A DNA stretch of 63,938 bases, counting the filler, from Octopus bimaculoides (taxonomy: Eukaryota): assembly GCF_001194135.2 (NCBI RefSeq). It is 8 parts of 6 records of this genome, joined end to end, with 100 filler letters (N's around TTAATTAATTAA, not from the genome) between each part and the next. Parts side by side here need not be neighbours in the genome. Positions count along the whole stretch, not along the records: positions 1 to 23,271 come from NC_069000.1; 7 more parts are not named here. One strand, written 5' to 3'. Of the stretch, positions 1 to 10,949 are shown in pieces. A program made the position numbers and the translations under genes. Numbering within the stretch: the stretch's first letter is position 1; every line of letters begins with the position of its first letter. The notes below the pieces were generated by a model that was given only the letters and a program-made list of their open reading frames with translations, did not search any database and was not told the DNA's origin.

Positions 1-276
1 AAATTCGACGACTGGCACCCATGACAACACCGTCTCCTTCATTGGACACGAAACTTGGCTTGTGAAGACCTGTTGGGGCAACTGAAAGCGAAATTGTGAC
101 GGCACCTGTGCCCAGCGTCGCCTTCCTGGCACTTATGCCGGTGGCATGTGTAAAGACATTCGAGCGCGATCGTGCCAGTGCCGTTGGACTGGCCCATGTG
201 CAGGTGGCACATAAAATACACCATTTTGAGCGTGACCGTTAAAGCGGACATTAAACGATGATGACGATGATGATGA
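1..276 (+). repeat. 3' part of an interspersed (SINE-like) repeat ending in a (GAT)n tail
   Basis: GC-richer block with recurring GGCAC/GTGCC motifs ending ...ACATTAAAC(GAT)n; no coding signal; resembles octopus repeats from memory only. Confidence 0.4.
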
Positions 277-291
277 TGATATATATATATA

Positions 292-1250
292 CAAAATCCT
301 GGAAATATTGCACATCTGCAACGGGAGTTGGATGCAATATACAGGTGGACTAAGGACAACAACATGCAGTTTAATTTCAGGAAAATTCCAGGTCCTACAC
401 TACCAACACACAAAGGTAAACGACATGCAGACAGGACACACTGGCCCAGGAGGAACTGAAATCCCTGAATCAAAATCAGTGTGTGACCTGGGCATTGACA
501 TGAGCAATAATACATCTTTCCAGGTGCATATTACCAAGTTGGTAATAAAATGCAGACGGCTGATTGGCTGATTGGCTGTATTTTCTGAACTTTCAAAACA
601 AGAGAAAAGGAGACATTGATGATCCTCTGGAGGACATATGTATTCAGCCACTTAAACTATTGCTACCAACTATGGTCCCCACACAATAAAAAATCAACGG
701 CAGAACTCGAAGCAATCCAACGAAGCTACACCAAGAAAATCGTTTAGATGCAATATGTCAGCTACTGGGAAAGACTGAAAGAATTAAAACTCTTCTCTCT
801 GGAACAAAGGTGGGAGAGATATGCAGTGATATACATCTGGAAAATCCTAGAAGGCCTTGTACTAAACTTTGGCATTGAAAGTTATTCAAACTACAGAACG
901 GGGTGCCACTGCATAGTGTCAAAGATCCCAGTATCGCCATCAAAATACAGGACCAAATACTGCAACAGCTTGGGCTTCAGGGGCCCACAGCTCTTTAATA
1001 TCCTTCCAAAATGCCTGAGAGACCTGCATGGTGTGGATGTAGGTGTCTTTAAAACAAAATTGGATCTCTTCCTATTACGGGTTCCAGATGAGCTTACCTC
1101 ATGGCAAGAAACACAGATGAGGGCAGCAGCATCAAATTCCCTCATTGATCAAATGCCACATATTATAGGAGGTTCCAAGTAAAGGTGTAGCTCAGTCAAT
1201 GGTGGTGCTCCAGCATGACTGCAGCTTTAAAGCTGAAATATTTTAAAATA
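292..1250 (+). mobile_element. 5'-truncated CR1/L2-group LINE (RT thumb/C-terminus plus 3' tail), frameshifted
   Basis: Across frames: LQRELDAIYRWTKDNNMQFN, GKFQVLHY, DLGIDMSNN, YWERLKELKLFSLEQRWERY, GPQLFNILP, FKTKLDLFL, RAAASNSL; 3' tail GGTGGTGCTCCAGCATGACTGCAG at 1201. Confidence 0.9.
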
Positions 1251-1580
1251 GTTAAAATAGTATATATANNNNNNNNNNNNNNNNNNNNNNNNNNNNNNNN
1301 NNNNNNNNNNNNNNNNNNNNNNNNNNNNNNNNNNNNNNNNNNNNNNNNNNNNNNNNNNNNNNNNNNNNNNNNNNNNNNNNNNNNNNNNNNNNNNNNNNNN
1401 NNNNNNNNNNNNNNNNNNNNNNNNNNNNNNNNNNNNNNNNNNNNNNNNNNNNNNNNNNNNNNNNNNNNNNNNNNNNNNNNNNNNNNNNNNNNNNNNNNNN
1501 NNNNNNNNNNNNNNNNNNNNNNNNNNNNNNNNNNNNNNNNNNNNNNNNNNNNNNNNNNNNNNNNNNNNNNNNNNNNNNNN

Positions 1581-3190
1581 TGTGAAGGATTTCTCAGTGT
1601 TCCTGTTGCTGTGTCCCTGGATTACCTTTACTGGAATACCTTATTGGAATACCTGTAGGCCAAGATTACCAAGTAGCCGGAATTGTGTTGCTGTGACTTG
1701 AACTGTCTTCCTTCCTTCTTTTTCTCTGCTCTGTCTTTCTGTTCTTTTTGTATTTATTTATTTATTTTTTGCGGTGAACCTTTTTGTTGAACTTTTCGTT
1801 GAACTTTTTTGTGGAACATTTTGAACTTTTTTTTTGAAAGCATGGCAAAAAAGAGTAACACCATGTTGGAGTGGGAGCTTGTCCCACCCAAGAAGTGGTT
1901 AAAAGACTTCAGGGAAAGAACGGTGGTGTTACGAACCTACTCTAGGTCAATCGACACCATTACGGTCTTTCCCGAAATTGAAATTGAAAAAGATTTAGCA
2001 GAACATATGCCAACTATTAAGTTTATGGCAAGGGGTGTCAAATACGCGATGGTCTGGTTGCTATTTGACACCCCTGAGGTGGCTCGCAAGTTTGCGAGCC
2101 AGCCCTTAGAAGGGAAAAAAATTCTGTTTCTTCCCACAGTATGTGGGAAGAAATTAACTAGAGCTTGGATCTGTGGCCTGCCACCTGGCATAGAACCTGA
2201 TTGGATAGAAGATACTATCCGACAGGGTCTGGGTGGTAGTGGAGCCAAGCTCTTAAATGTGAAAATTTTACCTACAGCTGATTGGGTTGGGGCAAAAGCG
2301 GTTTTGACCCTATGGACCCAATCAGCCAGGGATCTGGTATTTCCGGATTTTTTGAGGATGGCTGGGCATAGATATCCGGTAATTCTTGAGGGACGTAAAC
2401 CCAAGTGAACCGGTGTCTGAAGCCCGGTCATATCAAGAAAGACTGTCCCCAGGACCAGAGTAAGGTCCTGGAACAGTTAACAAATGTTGTTCACCCCGCT
2501 CCCCTAGTGGAGGGAGAGACGGAGGAAGCCGAGGAGGTGGAAACCTCCTCAAAAAAAGGAAAAAAAGGAAGAAGGGCAACAATGGTTGCCCACCGAAAAT
2601 CGTGGGGGAGGAGGAGGACCTTCCGGCAAAGGCGGAAGTACGCCCTACTCCAGTGGCCCTAAAGAAAAAGAAAAAAAAGAATGAGGCACGGCCGGTGCTC
2701 GATAGTGCACCACCAGCATGTCCCGACACTCTGTTGGTGGGAATTGTGCCACCAACGGAGGAAAGCAGGTCGGCGGGAATTGTGCCACCGACAGTAGAAG
2801 CTGTGGGCTCACCCTGTGAGGAAAAGGATGTGCTAATCCTATTCCGAAAGGAAGGGGCCCTGCAGAAATCTGTGAATGAAAGGAAGCGCTGGAGGGAGGG
2901 AGTCGACACCTGTACTAGGGATCCGGACTGGCCTCCACAGGTGTCTGCGGAGGTCGTGTTGAGTAGTCACATAAGCGCGGTGGTGAATTCCTTCCCCCTC
3001 GACGAATTCAGTATTGAAAAGTGGCCCGACCCAGACCCATCGTTTTGTTTGAGAGAAGCGAAGGCTATATCGGGCGAAAAAACCTAAGAGGACGAGTGCC
3101 TCATATTGTGTAATGAAAAATTGTAAGAGGCAAAATGCCTTAATTTATGACTTTTTATGTACGAGGTTCATAGCCTCAATGTGAAAATTT
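1581..3190 (+). mobile_element. Tx1/L1-clade ORF1 (gag-like, CCHC knuckle) with putative 5'UTR; ORF2 absent
   Basis: ORF 1809-2408 joins 2405-2662 by a 1-nt deletion that restores C-N-R-C-LKPG-H-IKKD-C (CX2CX4HX4C); followed by a low-complexity K/E/P-rich tail (2602-3087). Confidence 0.7.
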
Positions 3191-3336
3191 AATTTTAAAA
3201 GAACAGTGTTATAGAGAAGCAAAGTTCAGCAGGTGGCTTTTGCCTTCTCTCATTATACCATCATATTTATCATTAATGTGTTTGTCTAGCCTGCAGCTAC
3301 TCTGTGTACTGCCTTTATGGCAAATCAAATGAAATA

Positions 3337-3477
3337 AAGTAGCTTGCTTACCAACCACATGGTTCTGGGTCTAGTCCCACTGCGTGGCACCTTGGGCAAG
3401 TGTCTTCTACTATAGCCTCGGGCCGACCAAAGCCTTGTGAGTGGATTTGTCAGATGGAAACTGAAAGAAACCTGTCG

Positions 3478-3509
<32 letters not shown>

Positions 3510-3714
3510 TGCATTTCTGTGCTTGTCCCTCCAGCATCGCTTGACAACTGATGCTAGTGTGTTCACGTCCCCATAACTTAGCGGTTCGGCAATAAGGAAC
3601 CGATAGAATAAGTACTAGGCTTACAAAGAATAAGTCCTGGGGGCGATTTGCTCGACTACAGGCGGTGCTCCAGCATGGCTGCAGTCAAATGACTGAAAAG
3701 AAATAAAAGAAAAA
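3337..3714 (+). mobile_element. SINE family A (tRNA-like head, internal microsatellite, GGCGGTGCTCCAGCATGG tail)
   Basis: B-box-like GGTCTAGTCCC, internal (TA)n, tail CAGTC-AAAT-GACTG and A-rich end; many homologous copies in the window. Confidence 0.9.
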
Positions 3715-4592
3715 GTCAAAACAACTCAATAGCCACAGAAGCACTACCTTAATGACTACAAAGGGAGGCAAGCTCTCTACAGTTGCAGTTATAGCCAAAT
3801 CACCAATGATTTCACATTTCGATACTTATTGCATCTTAATGCTCATCGGTGGCTTTCACCATGCCTAGGTTTAAACTCAGCCCACCTTGTCAGTTTATAA
3901 GATTTCCATTCAAATCATATGCTCATTTCATAAACAGTAAAAGTGAAAATTATAGATAATATAGGTGGCTAATTCACAATTTTACAACTTAAAGGCAGAA
4001 ATATATGTCATTAAAGTGACAAAGGGGACTAATTGGTACCAGAACTGCTAGAAATAAGAGTCAAAACAACTCAATAGCCACAGAAACACTATCTTAATGT
4101 TTCTTTATTGGTAGATGAAGAAGCAGCAAAAGAATGTCAGAGGAATGTATTCAGGGAAGGAATGATTATGCAAAGTCATTAGTGTTTGGGTGGCAATAAC
4201 AGTAAGTATTACTGTTAATAAGAGACATAGTGCATCAAGTGAACCTATACAGATGTAGTATGCAGCTTGTGAGCTTGGAAAACAGAAGCTAGTAAAGTAG
4301 AAATAGAGAAAAAACAGTACATCTGTGTGCAATGGTTGTTGTAATGTATCAGTTTGATCCTTTGCCAATTAACCAAATGACCTTCAAATACTGTTTATGA
4401 TGATTTATTTCTTTTTCTTTTTTCTACCGATTTCAGTTATTGGACTGTGTTAGAACATCACCTTCAAAGATTTTAGTCAATCATATCATCCATTCTCCTT
4501 ACATACATCTCTTATACATTTTTTTTATCAATCTCTTAAGGCCATAACTAAAAACACTGGTTTACACTGGAAAATACAAAGACTCATTCACA

Positions 4593-4954
4593 CAAACATG
4601 CTTCTCAACCACAAGGTTGTGTGCTCAGTCCCAGTGCATGGCACCTTAAGTAAGTGTCTTCTGCTAAAGCCTTGGGTTGACCAAAGCACTGTAAATGGAT
4701 TTGGTAGATGGAAACTGATAGAAGCCCATAGTATATGCATGTATTTGTCCCCCACCCCCATTGCTTGACAACTAGTGAAGGTGTGTTTAAGTCCCTGTAA
4801 CTTAGTAGTTCAGCAAAAGAGACCAGTAGAATAAGCACAAGGCTTAAAAAAGAACATAAAAGTTCTGGGTCAATTCATTTGACTAAAATTCTTCAAAGCA
4901 GTATCCCAGTATGGCCACAGTCTAATGAATGAAACAAGTAAAAGAATAGAGTAA
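4593..4954 (+). mobile_element. SINE family A, diverged copy
   Basis: Colinear with 3337-3714 (CAGTCCCAGTGCATGGCACC...GGATTTGGTAGATGGAAACTG...ACAAGTAAAAGAATA). Confidence 0.8.
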
Positions 4955-5849
4955 AATGATATTAATTATTTCGTTTTGGGATTTGGTTTGCAAGATTCTT
5001 TATGTGAATTCATGTGTTGAAGCATATTCTGCAAGATGCAATGAAAATTTTAGAAAAATAAAAAAGAAATTAGTTGAAACTTTGCCAGTGAGTGTGTTAA
5101 ATTATAAGGCACTAAAAGAGAATGACTCTCCCCAGACACAACAGAATATTAATTTGTGCAACAGAAACAGTATTAGATTAAAATATAGCATTCTGTGTAT
5201 CATATATATGACAGGTTTGCAACCAGTTTATTAAATTTCACTCATGAAGTATTGGTCAACCTGAATCCATTAAAGGAACTAAATTGTATGATTACTCCTG
5301 ATTCTACACAACTCCAAAGCAATCTTCTTAACCACTCATATGTGCCTCCACTTACAGTATGTGTGAAACATTACCATCTTCCTAGATATGCAAGCAGTGC
5401 CTAGATGTAGGTCCAACTTGAGCTTTGCAGGTCAGCAACTGAACAAAGCTCAAGTATGTTCTGGGCCTGAAGTAAAAACCAAGTTTTTGTGATAAATATT
5501 TTACAATGTTATATACATATGAAGCTTAAGAGACATTGACAGATATACTTACTCAATTCCTATTGGATAAACAGTATAAAAATAAAAGTAAATGTAATCA
5601 TTTGACTACAAAGTTGAAACTCACATCAAAATACTCTTTCTGTTGAATTGATTCAAGTGTGACATGGTGCCAGGCATTGAAAATAGTTTTACACAGTTGC
5701 AAATCCCAAACATGATCAAGCAGTTGTTGAGCTGCTGTAAAATGAAAGACTGAGAAGGATTAGGTTATACCTAATATAACATTGTATAAACTAATGTGTT
5801 ATACACATTGGGTTATACAAGTGAAAAATTCACAGGGGCAACAGTCAAC

Positions 5850-8580
5850 AAAAGGTGGCGGGGAACCCTGAAGAAGGCAATTAAATATTGCATTTAGTAA
5901 AGAGCAGGTGAGAAAGAGAACTAGATTAGTGAAAGAGTTATTAGTAAACTATAAGAGACAATTAAAATGATATCAAGACCAACATGCTAGCAGCAAGAAT
6001 GTGCTTGTCCATTTCTACAATATGAAACATGAAGGTTGTGTTGTCATGGCTAGAATTCATGTACTAAAACAAGAAAGAACAAAGGCTGTTGATGGGTTTG
6101 GGTGGTGGAGGCATGATATGGCAACAAAGCTACAATTCAGTCTTGAACAGATCAGGATGGGTATGTACTGCACAGTTCCAAGCTAATGTGAATGGCTTTC
6201 CTGCAGCACTTCAGAGAAGGTGATAGAGAATTATGAACTTTAGCACCTATCTTGGTGGCCTACCATGACTCTTCGGAGAAGAGGCAAGGAACGGTGAAAG
6301 GCCAACAGCAGCAACTGAAACACGTGAAGTACTGAGTGGTTGTGCAAGGAACAAATGGCCTGGTTTGGATCTACCCAATGGGTTTATGGCTATATTCCAG
6401 AGTTGTTTGGTGACCTCTTGACAAATGTCTATCATAACTGGCAGCAAAACAGGAGAATTCCCAGGTCTGTGAGCTGGGGGAGGTTTAACGTTGCTAAGAA
6501 AGGATGCTAAAAAATGGGGATATTATAAACAATTTCCAGCCCATAACCCTGCTAAATGTAGAGTTTAAAATTTTGACTAAAGTGTTAGCAAAGATGTCAG
6601 CACTCATCATAGATGGTTTGGTTGGAGAATCGCAAATGTGTGCGATCTCCACTAGATCCATCTATGATAACCTCTACTTCATGCATTACATCATAGAAGG
6701 AATGGGTAAAAAACGGTGGGGCCCCAATCAGTTTGAACCAGTCTTGGCAGTAGTCCTAAAAGCAGCCAGTTTTTGACTCATTTTCAGTGGCTGGATCACA
6801 GCAATGCACAGTGGTGCTTGCTCCATAGTCAGAGTTAGCTGCTACCTCATGGAACCATTTCACATTGTGTGCTCAATTCATCAGGAGTGTCCTCTCTCTC
6901 TCTCTTCTAAATCTTCTGACACCCCAGCATTTGCTGTAGAATCTAGAACTGGGATATGGGAGAGCTGTGTCAGTATATGCAGATGATATTACCATTATCA
7001 TGTTAGACATCATACAAGGAATTCGAGATAAAGCAGGAGCAAAGATTAAGCCAAACAAGTCAGTAGGCTTGCAGCTCAGCACCTGAAGATGCAAGTCTAT
7101 GCCAATGAACAGCATAATAGGTCAATGAATAGACAGATCAATGAAGTTGTTTGGGATTTGATTTTGCCAAGACCTCCAGGTGAACAAGAACTGAGATGAG
7201 GTTAAAAGCAGGTGGCCAGTCTTATTCAGAAATGGGCTGAGAGGAAATTCTCTCTGAAAGGTGAAGCAGAGGTGGTGAATGCCTGCATTGCCTCCCTAAT
7301 AACTTATCACCTGGCTGTTGTGCCTGGCTCCAGTCCATGTGTGGCCAGACTGGAGCATTTACTTTTCTGCTTCCTGGAAGGTGGTCCTTCTGTTACCATG
7401 GTCCTCTGGAAAATGGGCTTGACATGCCATGACTGTTGGTGCACAGACACATGCTGCAGTGATGCCACTTACAAATTTTCCTTGATAGTGAGCCAGTGTG
7501 AGCTATGTATGTAAGACACACTTTTCCACAGCTCAAATCTTTGGTGGAGCTGCAGTCCTGGTTAAGAAAAGACCAAGCTTGGGTGACTGGTACCTAGAAT
7601 GCCATCAAGAAATCACTGCCCTCTACTAGTCAGACAATGCAGTCAGTGTAAGTTCTATATTAGTAACATATATAAGTCTAGTGGTGGGTAAGAGTTATGA
7701 TATTCTTGAGAATACTCTAAAATCCAACAAAGATGAACTAGCTGATCTGTTTCAGAAGACTTTTAGGCTTGGTACTATCATGTATAACTTCCAGAAATCC
7801 TTGGTCTGGCAGCACTACTGAGGAGTACTGTTGGTTTGAGATAAACCCTTCATGCATCAGGTGAGATTGTTTGAGATGCATACAAAGCAACAAATCCCAA
7901 CCACATACACTTGTACAATGTCCAAGTATTGACCTGTGAAGTTATGTCAAACAGCTGTTATTGCATGGGGAACAAATTCAACTATTGGTCGAATCCATTG
8001 TAGGGATTACCCCACCACCTACCTTTAACAAGGTAAGGCAGGTGATGATCTTCTATTTAGTGGGTATGGTGAAAGAGGTGTGGTGGATGAGGCTGAAAGA
8101 ATTGTAAAAAGACACCTTCTTCTTTGGTCAAGCTCTCATCAACATTTTAAAGTTCCACTTTGAAGGTGGAGAGGGAAGCACTACCTCCCAGTGAGTTTGT
8201 GAAAAGATGGGTAACTGTAGCAAAAAGGGTTTGGATTAATGGCCTTACTGTAAGCATACTTCTGCTTTGACTGGAGAACAATAGTTGAGCGAGGATCATG
8301 CCTATGGTGGTCAGGGTAATCCTAGATCTTTGGGGTTCCTTAACTGGCTCTGTTTGGATTTTCTACTGTATCAGGACTGCATCATTCATGTTATCACATA
8401 CTTTGTGTACTATGTATGCTTTTATCTCATTTTACCATCTTTTCCATTTCTTCCTTCTCCCCATTTATGTACATACCCCCCCCCCCCCACACACACACAC
8501 ACATACATACACACACAACTTGTCGACTGTTCTTGTGATGACTACCCCATCAATACTCTTGTGGCCAATAAAGGAAATCA
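5850..8580 (+). mobile_element. Degraded Tx1/L1-clade ORF2 (RT plus C-terminus) with 3'UTR
   Basis: NFQPITLLNVEFKILTKVLAK (6504 ORF), YADD at 6976-6987, KWAERKFSLKGEAEVV (7212 ORF); ends TGTGGCCAATAAAGGAAAT followed by (CAT)n-like tail; many stops and frameshifts. Confidence 0.9.
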
Positions 8581-9132
8581 TCATCATTATCATTATAATG
8601 ATGAAGAAGAAAGAGGAAAAGCAGAAGAAACCAAGATGAATAGTACATACGAACACCTAGTCTTTGGAAGCAGCAGCCTCCACAGCCTCCAACCAATCCC
8701 TGCCTTGAAAGTAAACAGATGATGATGATGCAGTAGAGGATGAGGGGAGGAGGAGTGCTAACAAGGACAATAATTCATGAGGCTGCAAACACAACTCAGA
8801 TTATGTTTGGTGAATTTTCATTGTCCTAAGTTCAAATTCCATTAAGTTCAACATTGCTTTTAATAATTTTAGTGTTAATTGCATAGGCATCAGGTAATGA
8901 ACACTCATTCATTATCATTCAATCAAATGTATAAAACTGGGCATTAATAAATAGGATTTCTTTGTTCTACAGTTAGTATTTCCATTGGTTGTCAACATTG
9001 TATGAATCTAATATGCTGCTATTCTTAACAAATTCTATTTCAGAAATATTTTTCTGAAGTTTCCCCTATTCTAAAGAGTTTACTGCCGAATTAAGTTTTG
9101 GCATTTTATTTTGTTCCAAGAAACTTTCTTAC

Positions 9133-9166
9133 TTGCATATCGGTCCACTATCTGCTGTGTCCATTC
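9133..9166 (-). CDS. Candidate 34-nt micro-exon of an unidentified host gene
   Basis: Minus strand: TTTTATATTTTCTTTATCACTGCAG|GAATGG...ATGCAA|GTAAGA; two open frames (EWTQQIVDRYA or MDTADSGPIC); lies in non-repeat sequence. Confidence 0.45.
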
Positions 9167-9233
9167 CTGCAGTGATAAAGAAAATATAAAAACAAATGGT
9201 TATTAGCACATAGTAAATTTCAAAAGTCACAAC

Positions 9234-9299
<66 letters not shown>

Positions 9300-10226
9300 T
9301 TTGAAGGTTCTACATGTGAACTTCCTTCTCATATACTTTTGATCAAAATCTGGCACTTACATATGATGCCCAGTTTCCGCAATCACCCTGGTGTTTCCAC
9401 CCCTTCACAAAGTTTGTTTTATATTTTATTTTGAATCTTCACTTAAAAAAGAACATTTTCTTCAAGAAAGAAAAATTTCTCAAGAATTCAAAACAAACAT
9501 TGCTAAATTTTGCAGCAGGATGGAAACAAAGCGCAAAGCCAATAAAGGGGGTACTGTTATGGCTGCCCGTATAGGATTAATGCCTACTGACTCTACTTGT
9601 CAAACTGACATATTCTTGTATAGTGAGAGCTAAAATGGAACGTGAATCCAAGGCTTCAAATACTGAATTTGAACCAGAATTTCAAGAACTGGATGAACTA
9701 ATTACTAGTTAAACATATACTTCTATGAAACAATGTACTAAATTCAGCTCCTTAAGTTTTCTAAAGCCCAAAATGAGCATGGAATCATCGTATTGAAAAT
9801 GTTTATTCCCTCTTGCTGTTTTAACAGTGAGAGGGAATTACATGTACAAGAATATCCTAGCAGATATTCTTGTCCAGATAAATTTCATTTTTCTTTGAGG
9901 TACATTAGTCAAATTTCACCAATGAAAATTATATTGTGCAATGATCATTTTGTAGACTATAAAAGTTTGATGTGATGTTTTGTTTTTTTCCCAGATTTTG
10001 AATACAGTCAGATTATTTGTGGTAGGATTTACATTTTCACAAGTAGTGCTGATTCGTTTTAGGTTTTATTTTCTCTCACCTACTCACGACTTTACTGTAA
10101 GTTAGAGATGTTTTTAATGCCTTTAATATATGTTTTTAATGCCAAAGCAAGGAATTAGTTTTCACATTTTGTTTGTTTTTTAATCTAGGTCTATATGCAA
10201 TTCTAAGAAAGGTACCAGATGGTCGT

Positions 10227-10480
10227 GGGATGTGCAAGAAAAACAGCTAAATCTCCCTTAAATCACACACTTTTTCATCTGCAAATAGAAGAAGAAATTC
10301 TTTTTTTGACCAAAAAAGCTTCAGCCATCGTTTTTAAGCATGTAGTGCAAAAAAAAAAATTGTCCAAAATTTGTCTGCAGGGGGTGAAGGGGAGTGAAAA
10401 AAAAATGATTTTCCAAAATTTTTGTTCATAAAAAGCTCCCCACCCCACCCCACCCCAATCTTTTCCAAGGTTGTGGTAAA
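10227..10480 (+). repeat. Interspersed repeat (probable non-autonomous DNA element), copy 1
   Basis: GGGATGTGCAAGAAAAACAGCTAAATCTCCCTTAAATCACA and downstream blocks match 23032-23270. Confidence 0.6.
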
Positions 10481-10949
10481 AAAAAGCTGGAAGAATCCCT
10501 GTCAGAATGGAGAAAATCCAATATATATGGACATCACTTTTAATAGTCCATTAAAATTTTATAGAAATGGTATCATGTCTCAACATTTCAGGTTTTATTT
10601 AGTTATATACCTATTATAAATGTACCAAAACTCAAGTCCTTGTGGCTTTTAGTTTGGGATTTAGCTAGGTCTGAAAACACTGCGAAATTGACCATTTGTT
10701 ACATGTAACAAAATAGGTATTACACAAATATTTAAAACATTACCAAAAAAATAGTTTCATTTTTAAGAATCTGAAAAAAAATAGGCAACTGCTATATCAT
10801 AGACACTATTAGTTTGTGTAATTTGAAGATGATTATCACCTCAATTTCAAAGATATGACATCACAAATATGGCTAGTTATTCATTTCAGCCAATTAGGCA
10901 AGATTTCAATCAATTCGCTAACCATTCACATTGAACAAGTCATATATTC

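Noticed and set aside
3337-3400. tRNA gene
   Set aside because: Only a B-box-like motif in SINE heads; no cloverleaf
4115-4200. Plus-strand segment with good acceptor and GTAAGT donor
   Set aside because: Stops in all three frames; no other support
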